From assembly GCA_048882505.1 (NCBI GenBank), contig JBHLRO010000013.1:60001-92000 (forward strand): a stretch of 32,000 nucleotides of DNA, given 5' to 3'. Within the stretch, counting starts at the first letter, position 1. The number at the start of each line of letters is the position of its first letter. The position numbers were made by a program, and so were the translations under genes. This stretch comes from Candidatus Thorarchaeota archaeon (GTDB taxonomy: Archaea; Asgardarchaeota; Heimdallarchaeia; Hodarchaeales; Hodarchaeaceae). The notes under the pieces were generated by a model that was given only the letters and a program-made list of their open reading frames with translations, was not told the origin of the DNA and searched no databases. Shown piece by piece: positions 18,733 to 28,095 of the stretch.

Positions 18733-19523
18733 CTATTTCTGCTTTTAAGGTATTTTAATCCTTCCATAAGGTTTGTGGAGTCCAGGTATGGGATTTGTTC
18801 CAACGGTATCCATCTTAAGATATTATCTTGCCATTCTTCATTGCCAGCTACGGGAATGGAGACATCGGGTGCTTCACCATCACCTAGGATCCCACATTTG
18901 GTATGAATCATTAGGATGGCCGCATTACCTTTTTCCCCCCTAATAATCGCGATCAAGTCCATCAGATCTTCCTGAACTTGAATTTCCAATTCCTCACGTA
19001 ATTCTCTAAGACATGCCTCCTGAAGCGTACCATTGATGTCAGAAATTTCAAACAAACCTCCAGGAAGCATTAAAAATCCGGGCTTATGCTCAGATTTCTG
19101 CGACCTTACTCCCGCCAAGAAATGAGTTTCTTTGGGATTCGTTATCAGCACCTTACATCCAAGAACGCCATGAGTTCCAGGAATACTCAGTTCATTACGA
19201 TTATGATATGCCAGGAGGGAGAATTCAATCCAGGACGTTGTAAGCGTTAATACTCCTGAGCTCTCAGAGATGTTCTGTAGAACTAGAATTCTACCATCGT
19301 AAAGCGCAGAATATTGACGGGAAAGCTCTTTCCAATGGAGTTTACTTAATCTTAGGACCTTTGAGGAAAAATTAAATCGATATTGGGGATCGTGCTCCCA
19401 TGAAACATCAGAAAGCGTGATTTTTTGTTCCCAAAAGACCTTTGCCGAATTCATTCCCAATTTAAGGCCGCTAAAAATGGTTTTATCAATATAATTATTC
19501 CCTTCGCCTTGGATCTTCTTCAT
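18729..19523 (-). CDS. Nudix hydrolase
   Basis: Nudix-box-like LPGGLFEISDINGTLQEACLRELREELEI with an N-terminal extension. Confidence 0.85.
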   Translation of the reverse strand: MKKIQGEGNNYIDKTIFSGLKLGMNSAKVFWEQKITLSDVSWEHDPQYRFNFSSKVLRLSKLHWKELSRQYSALYDGRILVLQNISESSGVLTLTTSWIEFSLLAYHNRNELSIPGTHGVLGCKVLITNPKETHFLAGVRSQKSEHKPGFLMLPGGLFEISDINGTLQEACLRELREELEIQVQEDLMDLIAIIRGEKGNAAILMIHTKCGILGDGEAPDVSIPVAGNEEWQDNILRWIPLEQIPYLDSTNLMEGLKYLKSRNS

Positions 19524-19628
19524 GCGAAACTTGGACTTTAGCAGAAATATAAACTCTTGTCCTTGAACAATAGAATTTGCAAGGCGCTCACAATTTTAAT
19601 GACGAATCGACGACCATGAGGCTCGTAT

Positions 19629-20402
19629 ATGTCAACTTCAACAGATATTCTTGTTTTATTTTACGGAACGGTGGCTGGTTTAGCAACCCTAGGGGGGATC
19701 TTTCTAATGAATAAAAACCGGGATTTTGCGGTAAAAAACACGGCTTATCTGAATTCATTTGCCGCGGGACTTATTGTTGCGCTGGTTTTCTTCCATCTCA
19801 TGCCTGAAGCAGCTGAACTAACCGAATACGCATTTGGAGGTATATTTGCTGGTTTTTTGATTTTTTTTGTTCTAGAAAATGTCATAATTCTCCATTCAGG
19901 GAGTGAGATTCATTTTCACCAACACGAAGTAGCCGATGATCATCCACACGCTCATACCTCCTCTAAACGATTAGGATTGATGGCATTTTCGGGCCTTGGA
20001 TTCCATTCTCTCATTGATGGCATTATACTAGGCGTGGGATTCGAATTGAGTGCGGAAATCGGCTTGCTGGCAGCATTGGCGGTAATCTCACATGAGGTAC
20101 CTGAGGGAATTACCTCTTTTACCCTGATATATGAGAGCATGCCGAACCGTGCGGGGTCTCTCTCCGTTCTAGTTGCATTAGCTACTCCTGTTGGTGCAAT
20201 ACTCTCCATCATATTTCTTAACGAGGGATTAAATACTTCTGTTATAGGAATACTCCTCGCGATTGTCGCAGGCACATTCTTGTATGTAGCCGCATCGGAT
20301 CTTATCCCCCAAACGCATGCAGAGCACAATTTTCGGAACTTGGGAGCATTTCTTACTGGTGCGCTCTTTGTTATAGCTGTATCATCGATTCTTCGGATTT
20401 AG
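19629..20402 (+). CDS. ZIP family divalent metal transporter
   Basis: SFAAGLIVALVFFHLMPEA, His-rich loop HFHQHEVADDHPHAH, HSLIDG, HEVPEG and AGTFLYVAASDLIPQ. Confidence 0.92.
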   Translation: MSTSTDILVLFYGTVAGLATLGGIFLMNKNRDFAVKNTAYLNSFAAGLIVALVFFHLMPEAAELTEYAFGGIFAGFLIFFVLENVIILHSGSEIHFHQHEVADDHPHAHTSSKRLGLMAFSGLGFHSLIDGIILGVGFELSAEIGLLAALAVISHEVPEGITSFTLIYESMPNRAGSLSVLVALATPVGAILSIIFLNEGLNTSVIGILLAIVAGTFLYVAASDLIPQTHAEHNFRNLGAFLTGALFVIAVSSILRI

Positions 20403-20429
20403 ATATGTCTAAAGAAGGTTATATAACTT

Positions 20430-21125
20430 TTATGCCTTTTCGATCCGATAAAGACAACATTCGTCTCCGAGTCGGATACATTTATCCTTTGGGATGTTCT
20501 TTCCAAGTAATTCACTTATAATGGTCTCATGAACAGTACAGACAAGTGGTTCTTCTTTTGCAATACGATATACTAAACAATTTGACAAACGTAAGTTATA
20601 GTCATCACCATTCTCGATAAGCTGAGGAAAAACACCCCAATTGGCTAGGATTTCGGTTATTGCGTCAAGTTTCTTTTTAAGGGAGACGGGTTTACCAGTT
20701 TCAAGATAGTTTTGGTGCATTGAATATTCAACTTCCCTAGCTAGGGTTATCCCCATATTCTCGAGAAGTCGTTTTGCTTTCGACGGACCCAGCTCGTTTT
20801 TCACCTCTTTGAGCAGACGAAGGCCAAAATCAGCGTAATCTTTAGGAAATATGTTCAGAGCGGATGGATTCAGTGCATAAACCATTGCTGGCCTGCCCGT
20901 TGTACCTTTCCTCTGAGTGCGAGTCACGAGTTCCTCTTTCTCTAGCATTAGGAGATACTGGCGTGCCGCATTTACCGATATTCCTGCAGCTTCAGCAATG
21001 TCTTTTACGCTTGTTTGATGAGAATCGTCCGGACCAACTCTATTTACCAGAAGAAATTCGAGGATCTTTTCTCTGGAGCTTAAATTTTCTTTTTTAATCG
21101 AAGAACTCCTTGTATACATCATCAT
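20430..21125 (-). CDS. Winged-HTH transcriptional regulator with Cys-containing C-terminal sensor domain (SufR-like)
   Basis: SVKDIAEAAGISVNAARQYLLMLEKEELV...GRPAMVYAL, FPKDY, and C-terminal NCLVY...VCTVHE...CIRLGDECC. Confidence 0.85.
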   Translation of the reverse strand: MMMYTRSSSIKKENLSSREKILEFLLVNRVGPDDSHQTSVKDIAEAAGISVNAARQYLLMLEKEELVTRTQRKGTTGRPAMVYALNPSALNIFPKDYADFGLRLLKEVKNELGPSKAKRLLENMGITLAREVEYSMHQNYLETGKPVSLKKKLDAITEILANWGVFPQLIENGDDYNLRLSNCLVYRIAKEEPLVCTVHETIISELLGKNIPKDKCIRLGDECCLYRIEKA

Positions 21126-21219
21126 GAATCAACTCGTTTTTGTACCACACCGAAACCGCCCCCAACAAGCTAGATTTGAAGATAAAATGGTTGGATTCGT
21201 TTAACCGCTAATTTTTGCG

Positions 21220-21247
21220 GTGTAATGTTTGTAAACATAAGTTACAC
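21220..21247. promoter_or_regulatory. Imperfect palindrome GTGTAATGTTTgtAAACATaagTTACAC between the divergent regulator and ABC operon; candidate operator
   Basis: Inner ATGTTT/AAACAT and outer GTGTAA/TTACAC arms are visible; binding is inferred only from position. Confidence 0.45.
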
Positions 21248-21324
21248 TGGCATGATTTGTAATAAATTTGAAACAGATTTGTTGATTTATATGATTTAAA
21301 TGTTTTTTATATTTTTGGTGTCCT

Positions 21325-23214
21325 TTGTTAGGGAACTCACAGATCGAGGTTTATAATAAAAAGGCGAATAGCGATAGGTGTCGGGATTTACCTGTGAATA
21401 CTGTACGATACTTGCTTACATATCTAGGAAAGCGCAAGAAACTCGCGATTGGGGTCATTACTTCCATTTTTATAGCACAGGTTGCCGAACTGACTATTCC
21501 GTTACTCATTGGAGCCCTTATAGATCGAATCCTAAGTACAGTCTCTCAAAATCAGTTTTCTATTGACATCATTTGGATTGGGGTCTTCTTCATAATCTGC
21601 GTAAGCTTTGTTCGAGGTTTAACTCATTTTTCTGGAAGATATTTGGGGTACAGCCAGGGGGAGCGGATCATCTACGAGATTCGCCGGGATTTGTTTGATA
21701 AGTATGAAAATTCAAGCCTAGCTTTTTTTGATCAGATGCACACAGGGGATTTGATGGCCCGAGCAACCACGGATTTAGAACCAATGGCTGAATTTTTAAT
21801 TTGGGGAGAACGCATTCTTCTGCAAGCTTTTTTAACATATCTCGGCGTTTATACTGTTTTGTTTCTATTGGACGTCCGTCTGTTTATCATGCTTGGATTG
21901 GTGACCCCCCTGCTATTTTTACTCTCATTTTTTGTTTCCAGAAAACTAGGCCCTCTTTACTTCGATATTCGGACACAATACGGTGTTTTGACGACTGTGA
22001 TTCAGGAAAACATTTCAGGAGCCCAGATTGTACGATCATTCAATGCAGAAAAGCGGGAACGAGCGAAATTTGATGGAGAAAACTTGGCGTACCAGAGTCT
22101 CAGAGCTTACGCCTTTAAAATTCGCTCCCTGTTTCTGCCTGCGATTTTATTTATTGTGAATCTCCTGATAACTCTGCTAATCTTTCTTGGGGGTGTACAG
22201 GTAATCGGGGGAAATTTAAGTCCTGGGCTTTTTGTGACAATGATTTCGTATTTTACATTGTTGGCAACACCTACTCGATTTCTTGCGTTTTCTATGATTA
22301 TGTTTGAAAGAGTGAAAGCTGCTGGAGAACGTGTATTCACGCTACTCGAGGAAAAAACAATCATTCCCGAGACAGAAAATCCGACTAATGTTTCCCATCT
22401 TACGTTTCCTCCAACGATTGTTTTTAATGATGTAACATTTGCCTATGATGAAAAACCTGTCTTGAGAAACATAAATCTTACCCTCCATCCTGGGGAACGT
22501 GTGGCCGTACTGGGCCCAACTGGATCTGGAAAAACAGCTCTTATTTCGATGATTCCTAGATTTTACGATCCCTCCAAAGGATCTCTTACCGTCAGCTGGA
22601 ATCCTACAAATAGTTACAGGCTGAATGATTTGTTTTTGAAACAATGGCGAGAAAAAATCGGCTTTGTACATCAAGAACCCTTTCTTTGGGGGCGAACTAT
22701 AAGTGAAAACGTTTCGTTTGGATTAACGGATATTAAACCTGAGGAAATTGAAGAGGTTCTAAAGATTGTGCAGATGGACGAGTTTGTCAAGTCGCTTCCT
22801 GACGGCATTGAGACGCTACTAGGAGAACGGGGAGTAACGTTATCAGGGGGCCAGAAACAACGCGTAGCTATCGCTAGGATGCTTCTTAGAAAACGACCAG
22901 TATTAATCCTGGATGACGCCACCTCGGCACTGGACATTACAACCGAGACAAAGTTCCAGGAGGCTTTTGAGAGATATTTGAAGGATCATCATCCGACCGT
23001 TGTGGTGATTACACAGCGATTGTCAACACTTAAGATGGTCGATCGTATTATAATCATGCATCAGGGACAGATTTTCGAAGAGGGCACACATGAAGAATTG
23101 ATGCGATCAGGAGAAATTTACCCACTTCTCTATAGAACCCAATATGAGGATGACGGGCTAGTTGATGTTAAACTCGCTCTAGAACGGATAGTCAAGGAGA
23201 GGATCACAAATTAG
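21325..23214 (+). CDS. Type IV ABC exporter, TMD-NBD subunit 1 (degenerate Walker B and switch)
   Basis: TGDLMAR, Walker A GPTGSGKT, Q-loop HQE, signature LSGGQKQR, Walker B LILDD, switch ITQR. GTG 21394 is a likely alternative start. Confidence 0.95.
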   Translation: MLGNSQIEVYNKKANSDRCRDLPVNTVRYLLTYLGKRKKLAIGVITSIFIAQVAELTIPLLIGALIDRILSTVSQNQFSIDIIWIGVFFIICVSFVRGLTHFSGRYLGYSQGERIIYEIRRDLFDKYENSSLAFFDQMHTGDLMARATTDLEPMAEFLIWGERILLQAFLTYLGVYTVLFLLDVRLFIMLGLVTPLLFLLSFFVSRKLGPLYFDIRTQYGVLTTVIQENISGAQIVRSFNAEKRERAKFDGENLAYQSLRAYAFKIRSLFLPAILFIVNLLITLLIFLGGVQVIGGNLSPGLFVTMISYFTLLATPTRFLAFSMIMFERVKAAGERVFTLLEEKTIIPETENPTNVSHLTFPPTIVFNDVTFAYDEKPVLRNINLTLHPGERVAVLGPTGSGKTALISMIPRFYDPSKGSLTVSWNPTNSYRLNDLFLKQWREKIGFVHQEPFLWGRTISENVSFGLTDIKPEEIEEVLKIVQMDEFVKSLPDGIETLLGERGVTLSGGQKQRVAIARMLLRKRPVLILDDATSALDITTETKFQEAFERYLKDHHPTVVVITQRLSTLKMVDRIIIMHQGQIFEEGTHEELMRSGEIYPLLYRTQYEDDGLVDVKLALERIVKERITN

Positions 23215-24988
23215 TGAGGATCAGGATCAGCGCGACAGATTAAGACGGTCCTACTCGGACCGTGAACTTTTTGTTCGGCTACTAGGGTATACACGGCCCC
23301 ATTTGCTGGTGTTTGGCTTGGCTCTAGGAGCAATGTTGGTCGCCTCGATTCTAACTGTTGTCCATCCTCTCATCCTCGCAGTAGCCATTGATGAATACAT
23401 CATTCCTGGCAATATAGCTGGTTTGGGAACTATAGCGCTTATTTATTTTGCAGTTGCCGTTGTTGCTTTTCTCCTTAATGTCGTATCAATGTATATCACA
23501 ACAATTACAGGCCTCACAATCATTACTAGGATTCGTCAACAGGCATTTTATCAACTTCAGGAATTTAGTATGGATTATTATGATCGAGAAGCCACGGGTC
23601 GTATCGTTTCTCGAGTCACAAATGATGTAGAACGCCTCATGAATCTTCTTTCAACGGGAATTATCGAGGCACTGGTTTCTGGCATGTTTCTGTCCGTTCT
23701 GTTTTTCGTATTATTCTCTCTCGATTTTCGGCTAGCAGTCACCGTGCTGATTATTTTTCCCATTTTATCGGTTTTTATTGTTTATTTTAGAATTAAGACC
23801 AGGATAGCGTGGCAGAAAACCCGAAGAACGCTAGCCAAGGTCACAGGTTACTATCAAGAGGCTATTTCAGGAATAGAGGTCTCCAAGGCTTTTGCAGCTG
23901 AAACTTTTATGGAAGAGGAATTTAATACGCTAAACCTCGAGAATTATGAAACTCGTCTTAGAGCCCTGCTATTATTTGCCATTTTTTTCCCGCTGGTAGA
24001 CACAGTTTTAGCCATAGGTACAGGTTTAGTGGTCTTAGTGGGTGGAGTGGCCATTGGAACCTCCACTATGTCTGTAGGCTTATTTGTTGCCTTTTTATCT
24101 TACTTAGGACGGATAGCTCAGCCCGTAATGACGCTCTCAACCTTTTATAATAATCTGGTAGCGGCTATGGCCGCATTAGAACGGATTTTTGACATTCTGG
24201 ATAGAAACCCTGGAGTTATTCCCAGGGAGAAACGGCCATTGAATAGTTTAGAAGGCGGGATTGAATTCCGTGACGTCTCTTTCGCATATGATCAAGGGAG
24301 CCCTATGGTTCTTAGTAATTTTAATCTGGAAATTCCTGCGAAGGGTACTTACGCATTGGTGGGCCATACGGGGGCTGGTAAGACCACTGTGACCAACCTT
24401 CTGTGTCGGTTTTATGACTTTGATACCGGTCAAATCCTCTTGGATGGAAAGGTGGATATCCGCGATCTAGACCTACATAGCTATAGAAATTGGGTAGCAA
24501 TAATCCCTCAAGATTCATTCCTATTTACGGGAACCATTCGAGAGAACCTTCTTTACGGTAAGCCAGATGCAACAGAGGAAGAGATTGAACAGGCCCTCTT
24601 GAAGGTTGGGGCGTTTGATTTTGTAATGAATAAAGGCCTGGATACTGAGGTCGGTGAACGAGGGGCTCGCCTTTCAATGGGCGAGCGTCAACTAGTTTGT
24701 TTCGCTCGTGCAGTTATAAGTGACCCCAAAATCCTGATCCTTGATGAGGCCACCTCGTCGATCGATCCTCATACAGAACTTGTAATCCAGCAAAGCCTTC
24801 ACCAGATCATCAGAAACAGAACAACCGTGATAATTGCGCACCGCCTCTCGACCCTTAAGAACGCAGAAAAGATAATCGTGATGGAAGATGGACAAATACG
24901 TGAAAGGGGGACATTTCAGGAGCTAATTGACAAACAGGGGATATTCGCTGACTTATATTCCAAGCAGTTTGCAGATCAGGAAACCTAG
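23210..24988 (+). CDS. Type IV ABC exporter, TMD-NBD subunit 2 (consensus catalytic Glu and His)
   Basis: TGRIVSRVTND, Walker A GHTGAGKT, signature LSMGERQL, Walker B ILDE, switch IAHR. The frame is open upstream of TTG 23303 (ISEDQDQRDRLRRSYSDRELFVRLLGYTRPH); ATT 23210 is the proposed start, and the start is uncertain. Confidence 0.93.
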   Translation: MSEDQDQRDRLRRSYSDRELFVRLLGYTRPHLLVFGLALGAMLVASILTVVHPLILAVAIDEYIIPGNIAGLGTIALIYFAVAVVAFLLNVVSMYITTITGLTIITRIRQQAFYQLQEFSMDYYDREATGRIVSRVTNDVERLMNLLSTGIIEALVSGMFLSVLFFVLFSLDFRLAVTVLIIFPILSVFIVYFRIKTRIAWQKTRRTLAKVTGYYQEAISGIEVSKAFAAETFMEEEFNTLNLENYETRLRALLLFAIFFPLVDTVLAIGTGLVVLVGGVAIGTSTMSVGLFVAFLSYLGRIAQPVMTLSTFYNNLVAAMAALERIFDILDRNPGVIPREKRPLNSLEGGIEFRDVSFAYDQGSPMVLSNFNLEIPAKGTYALVGHTGAGKTTVTNLLCRFYDFDTGQILLDGKVDIRDLDLHSYRNWVAIIPQDSFLFTGTIRENLLYGKPDATEEEIEQALLKVGAFDFVMNKGLDTEVGERGARLSMGERQLVCFARAVISDPKILILDEATSSIDPHTELVIQQSLHQIIRNRTTVIIAHRLSTLKNAEKIIVMEDGQIRERGTFQELIDKQGIFADLYSKQFADQET

Positions 24989-25114
24989 AGCCATTGGTTA
25001 ATAAGGGATTATGAGTCCTTCCCTTTCTCCTTGGTTTCTGGGGAGAGAGTGACAATCAAAACATCTATTCAGGTTTGACATTTCCATCGTATATCGGTCT
25101 CTGGTGATCTTTCC

Positions 25115-26476
25115 ATGGTAGATATCTCAAGTACTGACTCCCAATCAGATCAATCTAAAGAACCACGAGATCTACGCGAGCGTTTATCAATTTACTCTCT
25201 GAGCGTGGGATGGGCTGCGGGAAGGTCCTCGATTTTTGTTTATCTGTCGTATTTCGGAGTTGTTCTGGGGGCTTCACCACTTGAACAGTCCATTCTAACC
25301 TCCGTGCGAAACTTAGGGGCAAACATGTTCCAATCAGTTTGGGGATGGCTCGCAGACCTTAAAGGTCGAAGGTTGGTTTTGGTAATTGGTTTTACAACAC
25401 TTGCGCTTTCCACATTACTTCTACCTTTCGTTAACAATCCCTTTGAATTAGTTCTTGTGTCCCTAGTTCTTACATCAATCGGGTTCGCTGTAATCCCTGC
25501 GTGGAATGCATTTCTCGGAGACTATTCTTCTGAAAAGACACGAGCTTCATTTGTGGGAAAAATAAATTCCTTGGGAACAATAACCAGTGTTGTATTAATC
25601 CTTTCAGTAGGAGTTCTTATGGATCTCACTCCCTTCCCCTTTCCCCGAGAGGCCATTCAATATGCATCCAGTAGACCTGCTTTTGTTATTCCATTCCTCA
25701 TAGGAGGCTTATTATTTGTCGTAAGTTTGGGTACCTCCTTTGTTCTGGTTGAAAAATACGATAAACGCCTGTCAAAGGTACCTTTTCCCGAAGAGGTTCG
25801 TTTATCCATGAATGAATTGATCCAAAGAAATCCCCCATTCCGACGTCTTTTACCCATTGATGCCATTTTTAGATTTGCTATGAGTACGGCGTGGCCTATC
25901 TTCCCCTTTGTTACCTTAAGGGTTGCAACTTCATGGTTGACTGTAGCCATCTTATGGGTTGTTTTTAATCTTCCTCGCGGTATTGGACAGGCTTGGGGAG
26001 GGCAGCTAGCAGATCAGTTGGGCAAAAAACCTGTTATAATTGCTTCACGAATTGCTTACACAATCGTACCAATTGGATATGCACTTGGGCTTCTAACTGG
26101 AGACGTTTTATTTCTATTACTAGTAAACATACCTGGAGGAATGGCATTTGGGGCCGAGGACACCGCAATTGCCACTTACTCCCTGGACTGCTCCACAACG
26201 GAGACAAAAGCTCGATATTATTCAATTCTCCTAACTTTCGAAGGAATAGCTGCATTTTCAGGGGCCATTTTCTCAGGCCTTGTAATGGATATTTGGTTAC
26301 GGCTTGTTGGAATCGACTATTCTAGCACAAATTTCAATATAATATTGATTTCTATGCTGATGTTTATCTCTATACTCCGATTCTTGACTGCTATTCTTCA
26401 CGGCCTGATACATGCTAATCCCTTGGATTTTGAGCTGGAACAAGCCGTCCATAGAAGAAGGAAGTATGAACCGTGA
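25115..26476 (+). CDS. MFS transporter (no fused domain)
   Basis: Motif A in both halves (LADLKGRRLVL, LADQLGKKPVI); 12 TMs; GGTGA RBS; ends shortly after the last TM. Confidence 0.92.
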   Translation: MVDISSTDSQSDQSKEPRDLRERLSIYSLSVGWAAGRSSIFVYLSYFGVVLGASPLEQSILTSVRNLGANMFQSVWGWLADLKGRRLVLVIGFTTLALSTLLLPFVNNPFELVLVSLVLTSIGFAVIPAWNAFLGDYSSEKTRASFVGKINSLGTITSVVLILSVGVLMDLTPFPFPREAIQYASSRPAFVIPFLIGGLLFVVSLGTSFVLVEKYDKRLSKVPFPEEVRLSMNELIQRNPPFRRLLPIDAIFRFAMSTAWPIFPFVTLRVATSWLTVAILWVVFNLPRGIGQAWGGQLADQLGKKPVIIASRIAYTIVPIGYALGLLTGDVLFLLLVNIPGGMAFGAEDTAIATYSLDCSTTETKARYYSILLTFEGIAAFSGAIFSGLVMDIWLRLVGIDYSSTNFNIILISMLMFISILRFLTAILHGLIHANPLDFELEQAVHRRRKYEP

Positions 26477-26768
26477 CAATTTAGAACGCTTTTAGATCCG
26501 AGACATCATCTTTAAAACCTTAATAATCCCTCCTCTGTCTTTTATCCTATCATGAAACCAATGGAAATCCGCTGCAATGTGTGCCCAAGCATAGTAAACA
26601 AACAAGAATCCCAAGACTTTTTTCCAGATTTCTAAACCTTAGATATTTGTAACTCATGTTATTTCCAAGGACCGAAACAACGATTTATGGTAATTCCTAC
26701 ATAACATGACGGATTATCAGTAATGTCGGAAGGAGACAGGTCAAAGCGTTCTCAAGGTTTGATTACTG

Positions 26769-27383
26769 ATGGGTATACTTGCCAAGATTTTTGCAAAGAG
26801 TCGAAGATCTAAGCTGACAATTGGGATTTTGGGTGCCCCAAATGCAGGAAAAACAACTCTTGCAAATCGCATATCGTCTGAGTGTGGAGACGGAACCCCA
26901 TTGGGGGAAGTGTCTCCCATACCACATGAAACCAGAGACTGTGTTGCAATGGAGCATTGCTCCATTACGGATCAGCATGGTTCCTTAGATCTTACTATTG
27001 TAGACACTCCTGGTATCACTACTTCCATAGATTATAGAGAGTTCCAAATATATGGTCTCAGCAAAGATCAGAGTATTAATCGCGCTAAAGAGGCAACTCG
27101 AGGTGTAATAAAAGCAATTCAGTCTTTAGATCGTATGGATGCGGCCATCGTCGTTGTAGATTCTGCTCGTGAACCGTTCGATCAGGTGAATTGGACTGTT
27201 ATAGGAAATCTAGAGGCACGTAATATTCCCCTTATCGTTGCTGCCAATAAGACGGATCTCGCCAAATCAAATCCAGATTTGGTGCGAGACGTATTCCAAA
27301 GTGATATTATCCCAATTTCTGCAAAAAAAGGTACAGGGATGAATGAACTTTACACCTCCCTATTAGGGCTTTCGCAAATGTAG
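26769..27383 (+). CDS. oapA: Archaeal Era-like small GTPase, OapA/ArvA type
   Basis: G1 GAPNAGKTTLANRI, SPIPHETR, G3 DTPG, EATRGV, DSAREPFDQVN, G4 NKTD, G5 ISAK; first gene of a three-gene set. Confidence 0.88.
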   Translation: MGILAKIFAKSRRSKLTIGILGAPNAGKTTLANRISSECGDGTPLGEVSPIPHETRDCVAMEHCSITDQHGSLDLTIVDTPGITTSIDYREFQIYGLSKDQSINRAKEATRGVIKAIQSLDRMDAAIVVVDSAREPFDQVNWTVIGNLEARNIPLIVAANKTDLAKSNPDLVRDVFQSDIIPISAKKGTGMNELYTSLLGLSQM

Positions 27384-27384
27384 T

Positions 27385-27708
27385 GTGGTGGGAATCCAAA
27401 TGGATCTTAGAATAGATTTTGTGACGATCAATACAACTAAGAAGATGGATGTCACAGAGAAATGTGATTTTATAATTTCAAAGTTGCAGAATGAGAGAGT
27501 TGTAGTTTTTGAAGGTGGCCTCCAGCCAGAAGAAGAGGCAGAACTAATTCAAGAGGCAATGAAACAGATTGATCACGAGGATTTTATGGGATATAGGATT
27601 TTATCTCCGACGCCTGTCCGAACATCTGGTCTTTTTTCCCGTAAAGATATCCGTATGACTGTGATCGCACCTTCAAACTATCAGAGACTTTCCATTGCGT
27701 TAGTATAG
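27385..27708 (+). CDS. oapB: OapB/ArvB (DUF2073-like) protein
   Basis: VVVFEGGLQPEEEAELIQEAMKQIDHEDFMG and MTVIAPSN; 1 nt after the GTPase stop. ATG 27400 is an alternative start. Confidence 0.8.
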   Translation: MVGIQMDLRIDFVTINTTKKMDVTEKCDFIISKLQNERVVVFEGGLQPEEEAELIQEAMKQIDHEDFMGYRILSPTPVRTSGLFSRKDIRMTVIAPSNYQRLSIALV

Positions 27709-27726
27709 ATTATCGAATGATGTGAA

Positions 27727-28095
27727 ATGTCCAGTAACCAGGATAGCTTGAAGCGCTATAAATGTGCCCAATGTGGTCGGAGTCCCACTTCGGAATGGGA
27801 AATTTTCAAAGGTTGCAAATGTGGACATAGACTTTTCCGAATTGTACCTCGGCCTAAACCGTTATTAATTCCTGGCAGGCCGTATCAGCTTACAAATAAG
27901 CAGGAAGTGCCAGAGTTTTTAACCGTAAAGGAGGAAAGAGAAGGTATCTACGAAATCAATGTTAACAAACTCCTCCAGAATAACGAGGCCCAGCAGACTC
28001 CCTTGGTAGTAGGAACGGAGGGGGTTTTCCTCATAAAAGGGTTGGTACCGAGAAGAAAAAGTGAGACCCAACGAAATACTAACTCACAAGTTTGA
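27727..28095 (+). CDS. oapC: OapC/ArvC zinc-ribbon protein (DUF2072-like)
   Basis: KCAQCGR...EIFKGCKCGHRLFR and GIYEINVNKLL; third gene of the set. Confidence 0.78.
   Translation: MSSNQDSLKRYKCAQCGRSPTSEWEIFKGCKCGHRLFRIVPRPKPLLIPGRPYQLTNKQEVPEFLTVKEEREGIYEINVNKLLQNNEAQQTPLVVGTEGVFLIKGLVPRRKSETQRNTNSQV

Noticed and set aside
21325-24988. Asymmetric ATPase sites (LILDD/ITQR vs LSMGE/ILDE/IAHR) as a novelty
   Set aside because: This is the standard pattern of heterodimeric type IV exporters such as TM287/288, TmrAB and BmrCD.
25115-26476. Third MFS as another longin fusion
   Set aside because: It ends ~20 aa after the last TM and lacks the shared motifs of the two fused paralogues.
26555-26670. 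ORB-like sequence (CCAATGGAAAT at 26558-26568) upstream of oapA, suggesting a replication origin as in haloarchaea
   Set aside because: Only one degenerate match, no G-string, no repeated ORB array and no cdc6/orc1 gene in the window.
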